From contig CANOTO010000007.1 of assembly GCA_947570215.1 (NCBI GenBank), forward strand, positions 31,537 through 95,536: a stretch of DNA of 64,000 nt, given 5' to 3'. The translations under genes and the position numbers were made by a program. This stretch comes from an uncultured Clostridia bacterium (GTDB lineage: Bacteria > Bacillota > Clostridia > Christensenellales > CAG-314). Each line of letters begins with the position of its first letter. Position 1 is the first letter of the stretch. Below, one piece after another: positions 28,368-39,320 of this stretch. Below the pieces are notes generated by a model that was given only the letters and a program-made list of their open reading frames with translations, was not told the origin of the DNA and made no database searches.

Positions 28368-30599
28368 TTATTTCCAATACCAAAAATCTATTATAGACGG
28401 AAATTCGTTTTTATCCTGCGGCTTTGCGCGGCAAACTGTTAAGACGGGTGTAGTATATACCGTTTTGCCGTTTACGATAAGCTCGGCGAAGTATTCGGCG
28501 CGGTCGACTTTTAACGTTTCGGTGTAGCGTCCGTCCCGAGCGTTACATTCTGTTTTGCCGCCGTCTGACTTTTTATATAATACCCATCTGCCTTTGTCCG
28601 TTTGCGGCAGTTCGACGGTTACGCTGTCGTCAACGGCCTTGCCTGTCAATTCGTACGTATACGTAGGACTTTCGGCGCGCTCTTGCGGCGCGTTACAAGC
28701 GTCGAACAGGAATTTTTCGCCGCCGTCGGCAATTAACACCTTTTGATCATCGTATAGACTTTCCGCGTCTAACTCGACTTCGATTATATTCGACGGTCGA
28801 ACGAATTTGGCAGGCTTGACTTTCTCGTACATTTTGTCTAACAGTTTGCCTGCAAGGATGCTTGGAGCGGTTGAGCCGCTTACGTCGTTAGCCAAATCAC
28901 CGCTGAACCATACGGCGAATACGTCCGAAGTAGTGTATCCCGCTATAATAGCGTCGCTGTTGCCCAGACTGTTCCCTACTGTTCCCGTTTTTGCCGCTAT
29001 TTGGTAGCCGTCACGTTTCAGTCTTTTCGCTGTTCCGCTTTGTACGGTATTGACAAGCATATCCGTCATAAGATAATTTGCGCTCGGTTGAAAAACTCTC
29101 ACGTTTTCCGTCCGTCTGCTGTAAATCGTGCCGTTTTCGTTGCAAATGCTTTTTATAAAGCAAACGTCGTTGCAAACGCCGTCGTTTGCAAGGGTAGAGT
29201 ATCCCTTTGCCAATGTAAACAAATCCACGCCGCCGTTGACGTTACCGAGAGCCATCGACAGGTTTTGTTCACCTTGTATTCCCAACTTTTCCAGATACCT
29301 TTGCGCCTTGTCTAACCCCAAAGCGTTGAGCGTTTTTACCGCGGGAACGTTTAGGCTCTTAGCCACTGAATTTTTAATAGTAGTCCAACCGCTGTATCCG
29401 CCCGCATTGGACGGTTTGTAACCGTTGAAGTCCGTTAGTTCGTCTAAAACGGGCGACGCTTCGGTAATTATCCGTTCGTTGAGCGCCGGAGCATATACGG
29501 CAATAGGCTTGAATGCGCTGCCCACCTGACGTCTGTCGCCTGCCGTTGCTCCGCGAAAATAACAGGCTTCGACCCCGCCGCAAATGTCCGTTACTATTGC
29601 GGAAATATCGGCGAGCGCGCCCGATTTCGTTACGGTTTTATCACTCTTTACAAGGTTAGACAGAGCCCTTTGTTTAGACTGATTGCAATAGGTTTCTATA
29701 ATGAAATTGGACTGCGCAAGCTGCATGGGAGTCATATTAAGCAGTCTGCACGCTTCTTTCATTACGTGATAGGTGTAGGATTTCTCCGCTTTGACTTTTT
29801 GCGGAACGTATTCTATTTCCGCTTCCAACGCCCGATTGTATTGTTCGCCGTCGATTATTTGCTGCTCGAGCATGAGTTTTAATACGCTGTCGCGCCGTAT
29901 TTTGCACTTGTCGGCGTTTTTGTCCGGAGCATAGGTGTTGGGGGCTTTAATCATTCCGGCCAGCACGGCACTCTCGGATACGGTCAAATCCTGCGCGCTT
30001 TTGTTGAAATACACGTTGGAAGCCGTTTCTATCCCGTAGGCATTCCGTCCGAAATAGATGGTGTTTAGATACATCTCCAATATTTCTTTTTTTGTGTAAT
30101 TTTTTTCCAACTCGCGCGCCAACAGCATTTCGTTAGCTTTACGCTTCATCGTTTTGTAATTATCCAAATGCGTGTTTTTTATTAGTTGCTGGCTTATCGT
30201 AGACGCGCCTTCCTTGTATCCGCCGCTTTTTAAGTTGTGAAGCATTGCGCCGAACACACGCTTGTAATCTATTCCCTTATGAGAAAAGAAGCGTTTGTCT
30301 TCTACGGCTACAAACGCTTTGTAAGTGTAGTCGTGCAACGCGTCCAACGGTATTTGCTTGTATTCGTATAAATACATAGGTTCGGCTATTTTTGCGCCGT
30401 CGTTATCCAGTATGGTAAGGGAAGTGTATACTTCGTTCAGTCTGTTTCTGTCAAACTTGACGAAGTCGTCACTTTTCTTCCAAACGGATATGCCTATTAC
30501 GCCTGCCGTAACGCTTATAATCACAACAGATGCCAATACTATGGAGAATATTTTCAAAAAACGTTTTTTCATATCACTATTATTGTTTGTGATTTGCAT
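28368..30599 (-). CDS. Class A penicillin-binding protein (transglycosylase/transpeptidase, PBP1A family)
   Basis: GT51 motifs (EDKRFFSHKGID, GASTISQQL, RKANEM) and transpeptidase motifs SAFKP, SxN and KTGT. The start is uncertain: M at 30599, 30572 or 30632. Confidence 0.85.
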   Translation of the reverse strand: MQITNNNSDMKKRFLKIFSIVLASVVIISVTAGVIGISVWKKSDDFVKFDRNRLNEVYTSLTILDNDGAKIAEPMYLYEYKQIPLDALHDYTYKAFVAVEDKRFFSHKGIDYKRVFGAMLHNLKSGGYKEGASTISQQLIKNTHLDNYKTMKRKANEMLLARELEKNYTKKEILEMYLNTIYFGRNAYGIETASNVYFNKSAQDLTVSESAVLAGMIKAPNTYAPDKNADKCKIRRDSVLKLMLEQQIIDGEQYNRALEAEIEYVPQKVKAEKSYTYHVMKEACRLLNMTPMQLAQSNFIIETYCNQSKQRALSNLVKSDKTVTKSGALADISAIVTDICGGVEACYFRGATAGDRRQVGSAFKPIAVYAPALNERIITEASPVLDELTDFNGYKPSNAGGYSGWTTIKNSVAKSLNVPAVKTLNALGLDKAQRYLEKLGIQGEQNLSMALGNVNGGVDLFTLAKGYSTLANDGVCNDVCFIKSICNENGTIYSRRTENVRVFQPSANYLMTDMLVNTVQSGTAKRLKRDGYQIAAKTGTVGNSLGNSDAIIAGYTTSDVFAVWFSGDLANDVSGSTAPSILAGKLLDKMYEKVKPAKFVRPSNIIEVELDAESLYDDQKVLIADGGEKFLFDACNAPQERAESPTYTYELTGKAVDDSVTVELPQTDKGRWVLYKKSDGGKTECNARDGRYTETLKVDRAEYFAELIVNGKTVYTTPVLTVCRAKPQDKNEFPSIIDFWYWK

Positions 30600-30697
30600 T
30601 TTTATATTTATTTTCCTTGAAAAATATTGCAAGAAATAGTAAAATGTATTTATAAGTATTATTATGCCACTTTGTGTCTAAAAAAGGAGAGTGCCGC

Positions 30698-32017
30698 TTG
30701 AAATATTTTATTCATACCTACGGCTGTCAAATGAACGTTCACGATTCGGAAAAAATCGCCGGCATTATGGAAGGACTGGGATACGAGTCCTGTTCGTCGG
30801 CGCATAACGCCGACGCGGTTATCTTCAATACCTGTTGCATACGCGAAACGGCGGAGCAGAAAATTTACGGACATATCGGGGAGCTGAAAAAAGTCAAACG
30901 CGCAAAACCGAATATGATTGTGGCGGTGTGCGGCTGTATGTCGCAGCAAACGGGCGTAGCGGACAAAATAAAGGAGAGTTATCCTTTTGTAGATATCGTA
31001 CTCGGAACGTCTAATCTCAATCTTTTGCGTGAAGCGGTATTATCCGCTCAAAACAAAAAACGCAGTTTTAACGTGGATTTTAGGCAATACAACGAAGAAG
31101 ACTTTGCGCAATCGCGCACAAGCTTTCCAAATGCGTGGGTCAATATCAATTACGGCTGCAACAATTTCTGCACGTATTGCATAGTTCCGTACGTTCGCGG
31201 ACGGGAACGCAGTCGCAGGACGTCGGACATAATGGCGGAAGTTAAAAGCCTGCTTGCGCAGGGCTACAAAGAAATTACTCTTCTCGGGCAAAATGTAAAT
31301 TCCTACGGGCACGACTTGCCATACGGAGAAAGCTTTGCGTCGCTGCTGAAAGAAATCGGCGAATTGGACGGCAAGTTTCGTTTGCGCTTTATGACTTCGC
31401 ACCCCAAAGATTTGTCCGACGAAGTAATAGACGCGGTAGCGGCGTACCCAAATATTTGTAATAATATTCATCTGCCCGTCCAAAGCGGCAGTACGGAAAT
31501 TTTACGACGTATGAACCGCAGATACACCCGTGACGATTATTTGTCGTTGGTGCAGCGCATACGCGCAAAATTGCCCGACGTAGGCATTACGACAGACATA
31601 ATGGTGGGCTTCCCGGGGGAAACGGAAAAGGACTTCGAAGATACGCTGGACCTTGTAAAGCAGGCGCGATACAGCTCCGCATTTTGCTTTATTTATTCGC
31701 GCAGAAAAGGAACGCCCGCGTATTCGATGGATAATCAGATACCCTATGCTGTCAAGCGCGACCGTATAACGCGTTTGCTGGCATGTCAAAACGAAGTTAC
31801 GAAAGAAATAAGCCGAAATATGTTGGGTAAACGCTACGAAGTGTTGGTAGAAGGCGCGAATACGCATTACGCCGATACAATGTGCGGGCGGACGGAAAGC
31901 GGAAGACTTGTTAACTTCAAATGCGACGATTCGTATATTGGAAAGTTTGTTATTGTGGAAATAGAACAAGCGAAATCTGCCACCTTGTGGGGATCGATTG
32001 TTAAGGAGCGACAATGA
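30698..32017 (+). CDS. miaB: tRNA-2-methylthio-N6-dimethylallyladenosine synthase
   Basis: UPF0004 N-terminal domain (TYGCQMN), a radical-SAM CNNFCTYC motif, and a TRAM C-terminus. TTG 30698 lies 7 nt after AAGGAGA. Confidence 0.9.
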   Translation: MKYFIHTYGCQMNVHDSEKIAGIMEGLGYESCSSAHNADAVIFNTCCIRETAEQKIYGHIGELKKVKRAKPNMIVAVCGCMSQQTGVADKIKESYPFVDIVLGTSNLNLLREAVLSAQNKKRSFNVDFRQYNEEDFAQSRTSFPNAWVNINYGCNNFCTYCIVPYVRGRERSRRTSDIMAEVKSLLAQGYKEITLLGQNVNSYGHDLPYGESFASLLKEIGELDGKFRLRFMTSHPKDLSDEVIDAVAAYPNICNNIHLPVQSGSTEILRRMNRRYTRDDYLSLVQRIRAKLPDVGITTDIMVGFPGETEKDFEDTLDLVKQARYSSAFCFIYSRRKGTPAYSMDNQIPYAVKRDRITRLLACQNEVTKEISRNMLGKRYEVLVEGANTHYADTMCGRTESGRLVNFKCDDSYIGKFVIVEIEQAKSATLWGSIVKERQ

Positions 32018-34620
32018 GTAATGCTAATTTATCTCCGATGATGAAAAACTATCTGCAAACAAAGGAGCAATATCATGATTGCATTCTTTTGTACCGTCTC
32101 GGAGACTTTTACGAGATGTTTTTCGAAGACGCAGAAAGGGCGAGCAAAATATTGGATCTCACTCTGACGGGTAAAAACTGCGGACTTGCCGAGCGCGCGC
32201 CTATGTGCGGCGTTCCTTATCATGCGGTAGACGCTTACATTGCTAAGCTTATTTCCGCCGGCGAAAAGGTAGCGATTTGCGAGCAATTATCCGAACCCAA
32301 CGGCAGGGGACTTGTCGAACGCGACGTGGTGCGCGTTATAACCGCCGGCACGGTTATGGACAGCGATATATTGGACGACAGCCGAAGCAACTACATTTGC
32401 TCCGTTTACGGAGAATCGAAATTAGGCGTTGCCATTTGCGACCTTACTACCGGCGACACGTTCGTTACCGAATTCGACGCGACGGGCGCAAAGGACTTTC
32501 AGGAGTTTATCGTAAGCTACAAGCCGTCGGAAGTTATCAGTAACGATACCGCAAAACAAATGTCCGCAAATCTCGATTGCGTTAAAGCGGGATACGTTCC
32601 GTCTTTTTATCCGTACGACGAAAGCTATTTCGAACAACGGCGAGCGAAAGAAAAAATCTCTTCCTGCTATAAGGTGTCGACGTTGGACGGATTCGGTTTA
32701 CAGGGCAAGAGCTATGCGATAAAAGCGTTTGGTGCTTTACTTCAATACTTGACGGACACGCAAAAACGCGATTTGCCGCACTTAAAGATTCCGAAATTCG
32801 TGGACAAAAGTAAATATATGTCCATAGACGTTAAAACGCGCAAAAACTTGGAACTGACCGTTTCCTACCGTGAGAGCAAGCGAAAGGGTAGCCTACTGTG
32901 GCTGTTGGATAAAACTGACACCAGTATGGGCGCGAGACTGCTTGCCGATTGGATAGATCGCCCCTTACAAAAAGCGACGCAAATTAACGCGCGCTTGGAC
33001 GGCGTGGAAGAACTATACAAGAGCTATATGCTTCGCGCAAATCTACACGAAACGCTTAGAAACGTTTACGATATAGAACGATTGGTAGGAAAGATAGCCT
33101 ATAATAACGTCACGCCAAAAGATTGCATAGCCCTAAAAAGATCGCTTGCGTTGCTGCCTAAAATCAAGTCGCTGCTTGGCGACAACGTTAAAAGCAAAAT
33201 ACTGCGCGCGATAAACGAAGCGATTTCGCCGCTTTACGAAGTTACGGATTTATTAGAGCGCGCAATAGAAGATGACGCTCCGCAGACTGTCAAAGACAGC
33301 GATTACATAAAACACGGCTTCGACAAAGAGTTGGACGAGTTGTTTGACCTTGCCGAACACGGAAGCGCGCGTATATCCGCATTGGAAGAATACGAAAAAA
33401 CGCGCACAGGCATTAAAAACCTTAAATTGGGTTATAACAAAGTATTCGGGTACTATTTCGAAATAACCAATTCGATGCTTCATCTTGCGCCCGAAAACTT
33501 TATACGCAAACAGACGACGACTAACGGAGAACGATTCGTAAGCCCGGAGCTTAAAGAATTGGAAGAGAAAATGCTTACTGCATTCGAAAAAAAGGTGAAA
33601 TTGCAGAAAGCTTTGTTCGAATCCGTGCGTAATGCATTATTGCAATATATTCCGTCTATGCAGTCTACGGCGCAAGCGGTGGCTTCGCTTGATTGTTTGC
33701 TGTCTCTTGCCAACGTAGCCGAAGCAAACGATTACTGCAAACCTAAAATAAACGCAGCGGATAATACTTTGGTAATTAAAGACGGCAGACACCCGATTGT
33801 GGAAGCGTATATCAAACGAGACAACTTTATTACAAACGATGTTAATTTGGACACGGAAGAAAACCGTACGATGATAATAACCGGACCGAATATGGCGGGA
33901 AAAAGCACGTATATGCGCCAAGTAGCATTGATTACGCTTATGGCGCATATCGGTTCATTTGTTCCGGCGCAATACGCCGAAATACCTATTGTAGACAAAA
34001 TTTTTACCCGCGTGGGAGCAAACGATGACTTGGCGTTTAATCAAAGCACGTTTATGGTGGAAATGGTAGAAGTAGCCAATATTTTGAATAACGCCACGAA
34101 AAAAAGTCTCATTATTCTTGACGAAGTAGGGCGCGGAACGTCTACCTTCGACGGATTGTCCATCGCGTGGGCGGTTATGGAATACGTTTCGCAAAATATT
34201 TGCGCCAAAACGCTGTTTTCTACGCATTATCACGAGCTGACCGATCTCGAAGGACGCGTCGACGGAGTAAAAAATTACCGTATTACAGTAAAAGAATTTA
34301 ACGGGTCGGTAGTTTTTCTTCACAAAATTGCCCGCGGCGGCGCAAACAAAAGCTTCGGTATCGAAGTTGCTTCGCTTGCAGGTGTACCGAAGGCCGTATG
34401 CGCACGTGCAAAGGAAATTGTCGCGCTATTGGAAAGCAGCAACGTAAACGTCAACTTGGACGAGATAACGAACGGCGGCGCTCAGCACGAGCGGCAATTT
34501 AATAAAACTGCGCAGGAGGTATCGGCTATATTACGCGACGTGGATATAAACAAAACTTCACCGATAGAAGCGTTCGACATATTGAACACATTGGTAAAAA
34601 GGGTAAAAGAGAATGGCTAA
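32014..34620 (+). CDS. mutS: DNA mismatch repair protein MutS
   Basis: N-terminal PMMKNYL..., YRLGDFYEMFFEDA, Walker A motif GPNMAGKSTYMRQ, and STHYHEL. Confidence 0.95.
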   Translation: MSNANLSPMMKNYLQTKEQYHDCILLYRLGDFYEMFFEDAERASKILDLTLTGKNCGLAERAPMCGVPYHAVDAYIAKLISAGEKVAICEQLSEPNGRGLVERDVVRVITAGTVMDSDILDDSRSNYICSVYGESKLGVAICDLTTGDTFVTEFDATGAKDFQEFIVSYKPSEVISNDTAKQMSANLDCVKAGYVPSFYPYDESYFEQRRAKEKISSCYKVSTLDGFGLQGKSYAIKAFGALLQYLTDTQKRDLPHLKIPKFVDKSKYMSIDVKTRKNLELTVSYRESKRKGSLLWLLDKTDTSMGARLLADWIDRPLQKATQINARLDGVEELYKSYMLRANLHETLRNVYDIERLVGKIAYNNVTPKDCIALKRSLALLPKIKSLLGDNVKSKILRAINEAISPLYEVTDLLERAIEDDAPQTVKDSDYIKHGFDKELDELFDLAEHGSARISALEEYEKTRTGIKNLKLGYNKVFGYYFEITNSMLHLAPENFIRKQTTTNGERFVSPELKELEEKMLTAFEKKVKLQKALFESVRNALLQYIPSMQSTAQAVASLDCLLSLANVAEANDYCKPKINAADNTLVIKDGRHPIVEAYIKRDNFITNDVNLDTEENRTMIITGPNMAGKSTYMRQVALITLMAHIGSFVPAQYAEIPIVDKIFTRVGANDDLAFNQSTFMVEMVEVANILNNATKKSLIILDEVGRGTSTFDGLSIAWAVMEYVSQNICAKTLFSTHYHELTDLEGRVDGVKNYRITVKEFNGSVVFLHKIARGGANKSFGIEVASLAGVPKAVCARAKEIVALLESSNVNVNLDEITNGGAQHERQFNKTAQEVSAILRDVDINKTSPIEAFDILNTLVKRVKENG

Positions 34621-36553
34621 AATAAAGGTTTTAACATCGGAATTATATAACCTGATTTCGGCGGGCGAAGTAATAGAAAATCCGGTAGGAGCTATAAAAG
34701 AGCTTGTGGAAAACAGCATTGACGCAGGCGCAACGCGTATATCAATAGAAGTTAACGGCGGCGGATTCGAGCTTATAGCCGTCGGCGACAATGGTGGCGG
34801 AATGACGGAAGACGACGTAAACGTCGCATTCTTGAAGCACGCGACAAGCAAGCTTGCAAGCAAAGACGACTTGTACGCCGTGCAGACGTTAGGTTTTAGA
34901 GGCGAAGCTCTGCCGAGTATTGCCGCGGTAGCGCGCGTTAAGCTTACAACCAAACACAATTCTTCCGATGCAGCAGTATCGGTAGACGTTGAAAACGGCG
35001 CCATAGTAAACAAAAGCTACGTTTCCGCCAACGTAGGAACAAGAGTAGAAGTGCGCGACCTATTTTACAACACTCCCGCCCGCAGAAAATTTTTGAAATC
35101 TCCCGAGCGCGAAATAATTCAAGCCAATAAATTCGTCGCTAAATTGATACTGACCAATCCTAATCTCGAAATTTCCTATTTCGTTGACGGCAAAAAAGTA
35201 TACCAAACCAACGGCGGCGGTCTTGCCGAAGCGATTTTTGCGGTGTACGACGCCGAATGCCTGAAAAATTGTCTACCGATATCTTACGCAAAGAACAACT
35301 GTCGAGTAAGCGGTTATATAGGATCTCCCGATTACGTGAAAGCTAATACTACTTATCAGACATTGTCCGTCAACGGCAGACTTATAACTGACAAAAACAT
35401 AACCGGTGCGGTTACCCAAGCATTTAGACCGTATTTGATGACGCGAAAATACCCCTTTTTCGTGTTGGATCTTGAAATTCCATTCGACTGCATAGACGTA
35501 AACGTGCATCCCAAAAAATTCGAAGTACGCTTTGCTAATCTGCACGAAGTAACTTCCGCCTGTTATCGAGCTGTGAGCGACGCTTTGCGGCAGTATTCCG
35601 ACGAACGTGTAGACAAAATGCTTGCGACGGAACGGAATTACAAAACGTCAGATAATGACGACTATGCGAAGAAACAAATCCGACGCGAACAGGCAATGGC
35701 TAAAATGGAAGAATTATTTGAAGCGCACCGTTTCGAAATTATGAATCCGGATCAGACAGCGGATGTACGAGAGATAGAAGATGCTACGCGCAAAGCTGAT
35801 CTCGACAGAGAATTTGAAGAATTCGCCATCCAAATGGAAAAGGAACTAACTGTTGCAAACGCACGCGCAAAAATGGGGCTTGCACCGTTAGACCAAGTAA
35901 AATCGCCGCAAAGAAAAACGTTGAATCGCGACGAAGTTCAGCCGATATTGAATTCCGTAATAGAAAAAGACGACGTTGGCGACGACCTATATTCGCGGAC
36001 GCGGATATTGGGAGCAGCATTTAAGACGTATTTGATTTTGGAAATAGAAGACAAAATTATATTAATAGACCAGCACGCCGCGCACGAGCGAATTTTATTC
36101 GACAAATTTATGTCGTCCAAGACGAAAGATATGCAGCCGCTTATATTCCCGTACGTGTTCAAAGTGAAGGATGACGAAGAAGAATTTATACAAGACAATA
36201 AAGATAATATTGCCGCTGCCGGTATAGAAATAGAAGATTTCGGACGGAATACATACAGAATAATTGCGGTTTCGCCCATTCTTGCCGACGCTAAAATGGA
36301 CGAATTTGTGCAGTACCTTTTGTCCGGCGTGGACGAGTATAAGCTGGACGACAGCGCGCTTGTCGTAGAAAAAATAGCTCGTAAAGCGTGCAAGGCCGCA
36401 GTAAAAGGTGGATATTGTCTTAACGAATACGAAATAAAATACATTTTGAAAGAAGTGTACGAGAATAAGGTTGCGCAATGCCCCCACGGCAGACCCGTAT
36501 CGGTTGTTTTTACTAAGCGGCAGATAGAAAAAATGTTCAAAAGGATAGTATAA
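34613..36553 (+). CDS. mutL: DNA mismatch repair protein MutL
   Basis: GHKL ATPase motifs (AGEVIENPVGAIKELVENSIDAG, GFRGEAL) and the C-terminal endonuclease motif DQHAAHERILF. Confidence 0.95.
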   Translation: MAKIKVLTSELYNLISAGEVIENPVGAIKELVENSIDAGATRISIEVNGGGFELIAVGDNGGGMTEDDVNVAFLKHATSKLASKDDLYAVQTLGFRGEALPSIAAVARVKLTTKHNSSDAAVSVDVENGAIVNKSYVSANVGTRVEVRDLFYNTPARRKFLKSPEREIIQANKFVAKLILTNPNLEISYFVDGKKVYQTNGGGLAEAIFAVYDAECLKNCLPISYAKNNCRVSGYIGSPDYVKANTTYQTLSVNGRLITDKNITGAVTQAFRPYLMTRKYPFFVLDLEIPFDCIDVNVHPKKFEVRFANLHEVTSACYRAVSDALRQYSDERVDKMLATERNYKTSDNDDYAKKQIRREQAMAKMEELFEAHRFEIMNPDQTADVREIEDATRKADLDREFEEFAIQMEKELTVANARAKMGLAPLDQVKSPQRKTLNRDEVQPILNSVIEKDDVGDDLYSRTRILGAAFKTYLILEIEDKIILIDQHAAHERILFDKFMSSKTKDMQPLIFPYVFKVKDDEEEFIQDNKDNIAAAGIEIEDFGRNTYRIIAVSPILADAKMDEFVQYLLSGVDEYKLDDSALVVEKIARKACKAAVKGGYCLNEYEIKYILKEVYENKVAQCPHGRPVSVVFTKRQIEKMFKRIV

Positions 36554-36554
36554 T

Positions 36555-37463
36555 ATGAAAACCGTGATAGGTATTACGGGAACTACGTCCGTAGGTAAAT
36601 CCGCCGTTGCTGTAAATCTGGCGCAAATGCTGAATACCGAAGTAATATCCGCCGATTCGATGCAGATTTACAAAGGAATGAATATCGGCACGGCGAAAAT
36701 AATGCCTGAAGAAATGCGCGGTATACGGCATTATATGCTGGACATTGCGGAGCCTTGCGAAAACTATTCGTCTTATCTTTACCAGGAAAGCGCTTCGCGA
36801 ATAATTGAAAGTATACCGAGCGTTCCGATTGTTGTTGGCGGATCGGGTTTTTACTTCGACAGCCTTGTATATCCGCCGGAATTCGGCAACTGTGACCATG
36901 TAACCGCAGCGAATCTTAGAAAAACGCTATCGGAAAACGGAATAGAAGCATTATGCGAAATGCTGCGCGATTTAGATAAAGATACCTACAATTCCATTGA
37001 TTTGAATAATCCCAAACGCGTACTGCGCGCTGTTGAGATAGCAATGAGCGGTAGGATTAAATCTCAAGGCAAAGGTAAAACGACCGCGCCCAGGTACGAC
37101 TTGAAACTGTTTGTTTTACAAAGAAACCGAGCAGAATTATACAAGCATATAGACGAGCGTGTTGATAAAATGATGGCAAACGGACTTGTGGACGAAGTTA
37201 GTGCATTGGTCGAGAAATACGGAATATGCGACACGTCGGCTTTTTCGGCTATCGGATACAAGGAAGTAATAGAGTACCTTCAAGGCAGATTGTCTTTGCA
37301 CGAGTGCGTAGAAAAAATCAAATTAAATACGCGCCACTATGCTAAAAGGCAAATTACGTATTATAAGAAAATGAACGTATACGAGTACGTTGACGTAGAC
37401 GAACGTAGCACGGACGAAATAGCCGAATACGTTTACGATAAATGCAAGGAATTTGTCAAATAA
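36555..37463 (+). CDS. miaA: tRNA dimethylallyltransferase
   Basis: P-loop GTTSVGKS, ISADSMQIYKGMNIGTAK, and GGSGFYF. Confidence 0.95.
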   Translation: MKTVIGITGTTSVGKSAVAVNLAQMLNTEVISADSMQIYKGMNIGTAKIMPEEMRGIRHYMLDIAEPCENYSSYLYQESASRIIESIPSVPIVVGGSGFYFDSLVYPPEFGNCDHVTAANLRKTLSENGIEALCEMLRDLDKDTYNSIDLNNPKRVLRAVEIAMSGRIKSQGKGKTTAPRYDLKLFVLQRNRAELYKHIDERVDKMMANGLVDEVSALVEKYGICDTSAFSAIGYKEVIEYLQGRLSLHECVEKIKLNTRHYAKRQITYYKKMNVYEYVDVDERSTDEIAEYVYDKCKEFVK

Positions 37464-37632
37464 ATATCCGTTAGCAACGCGCAATTGTTTGCGTTGTAAA
37501 TCGTTATTTTGTCCGCAAATAAATTAAAAAAGATAATACAACAGTTAAAGCTAACGCAAAACGGATTGATTATAACAATAATGGCAGTTTTGCAGAATAC
37601 TATTACATACATAATATTGTTTTAGGAAAGAA

Positions 37633-38844
37633 ATGAAAGAAGAAATAAAACAAGCATTAGAGCAGAGCAAGAAGAAGTTCGAAGAATTGGACGAGATATC
37701 ATTATATAATCAGAACAAAGTCTTACAAGCGTTTAAGGATAACGGCGTTGCGTTAAGACACTTTAACGCGACAAGCGGATACGGCGCGGACGACGTGGGT
37801 CGCGATACGCTGGGGAAAGTGACCGCGCAAATATTCGGAGCGCAGGACTGCATAGTAAGTCCGCTAATCGTATCCGGAACGCATGCTATCACGTTAGCAT
37901 TATTCGGAGTGTTGCGCCCGGGCGACACCGTGTTATCAGTAACGGGAGAGCCGTACGATACGCTGCAAGACGTTATATACAAAAAAGGTATAGGCAGTCT
38001 TGCAGACTTCGGGATTAGATTCGATACAGTTCCGCTTGCTGACGGCAAAGCAGATTTCGACGGCATAGCGCGATATATTGCGGATAACAATGTAAAAATG
38101 TTTTATATTCAGCGGTCGCGCGGATACTCGTGGCGATTGGCGCTAAGCATAGACGAAATCGTGGAAATATGCCGTTTTATTAAGTGTTTGTCGCCGAACA
38201 GCATAATTATGTGCGATAACTGTTACGGCGAATTCGTAGAAAAACGCGAACCCACGGAAGCAGGCGCAGACCTATGCGCAGGCTCCTTCATCAAAAATAT
38301 CGGTGGCGGAATTGCTCCTACGGGCGGGTACGTCGTCGGACGAAAAGACCTTATCGAGTTAGTATCAGGGCGGCTTACTTCGCCTTCAATCGGCAGCGAA
38401 GTAGGCTCGTACGCTTACGGGTATAGATTGTTTTACCAAGGCTTGTTTTTAGCCCCGCATACGGTTAATCAGGCGCTTAAAACCTGCGTTCTGTTTTCAA
38501 CCGCCCTTACTAACCGCGGATACGACGTTATGCCAAAGCCGAACGATAAATTGGGCGACATAGTTTGCTCGGTGCGCATAGGAGAGCCTAACAAAATGAT
38601 AAAATTCTGCCAAGCAGTACAGTCAGCGTCGCCAGTAGACGGATTCGTAACGCCCGAACCGTGGAAACAGCCCGGCTACAACGACAAGGTGATTATGGCT
38701 GCCGGCTGTTTTGTGCAGGGGTCGTCTATCGAGCTGAGCTGCGACGGTCCGATTAGAGAGCCTTATATAGCGTATTTGCAGGGCGGATTGGCGTTAGAAC
38801 ATGGAATTTTGGCATTAGAAAAGGTATTGGAAAATTTGCAATGA
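37633..38844 (+). CDS. Aluminium-resistance/YnbB-like PLP-dependent (Cys/Met metabolism fold) protein
   Basis: 403 aa. The block YIQRSRGYSWR...CDNCYGEF is typical of the aluminium-resistance family commonly found after miaA(-hfq) in Firmicutes. Confidence 0.7.
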   Translation: MKEEIKQALEQSKKKFEELDEISLYNQNKVLQAFKDNGVALRHFNATSGYGADDVGRDTLGKVTAQIFGAQDCIVSPLIVSGTHAITLALFGVLRPGDTVLSVTGEPYDTLQDVIYKKGIGSLADFGIRFDTVPLADGKADFDGIARYIADNNVKMFYIQRSRGYSWRLALSIDEIVEICRFIKCLSPNSIIMCDNCYGEFVEKREPTEAGADLCAGSFIKNIGGGIAPTGGYVVGRKDLIELVSGRLTSPSIGSEVGSYAYGYRLFYQGLFLAPHTVNQALKTCVLFSTALTNRGYDVMPKPNDKLGDIVCSVRIGEPNKMIKFCQAVQSASPVDGFVTPEPWKQPGYNDKVIMAAGCFVQGSSIELSCDGPIREPYIAYLQGGLALEHGILALEKVLENLQ

Positions 38845-38960
38845 CGTTTAAGAAGGTAGGGTTATATAATGCGAAGTTTTAATCTCGGCAATTAAAGTTT
38901 TTATTCGAGCGCAATTGGATCGAGCTTCCGTTATTTTACAATAATGCGGATGACGAGGTT

Positions 38961-39320
38961 ATGCGTTTCGACTTCGAATCTAAGCCCGAGACGTATTGCG
39001 CAAATACAATACGGGAAGTTGTCGACGATGTATCTTTCGAAGACAGCGAAATGCTTGTCATTTTGTACGGAAATAACGACTTTAATGCTGCTTACAGCAA
39101 GAGAAGGTATTTTAGACGTATGCGCAGAATATTCAAACAGTATTATAAATCAAGAGACGAATATAATTTCGACGAGTCTGAGCCGTATATTGTCGCGTAT
39201 CGCACGAACAGAAAGCATTTTAATCTCAACAAGTATTTGGCGGATTATTTTTGCGACGACCAACGCGTAGATGCAGTATTCGCTTCTTTTTATAAAAATT
39301 CCGAAGAAGAAATACGCTGA
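38961..39320 (+). CDS. Hypothetical protein (119 aa)
   Basis: ATG is preceded by GAGG. Its composition looks more protein-like than the overlapping ORF 38944-39270. I recognise no family. Confidence 0.4.
   Translation: MRFDFESKPETYCANTIREVVDDVSFEDSEMLVILYGNNDFNAAYSKRRYFRRMRRIFKQYYKSRDEYNFDESEPYIVAYRTNRKHFNLNKYLADYFCDDQRVDAVFASFYKNSEEEIR

Noticed and set aside
38944-39270. An alternative 108-aa ORF overlapping the 38961-39320 ORF
   Set aside because: Only one of the two overlapping same-strand frames can be real. The 38961 frame has a GAGG RBS and a more protein-like, less Ser/Thr/Ile-biased composition.
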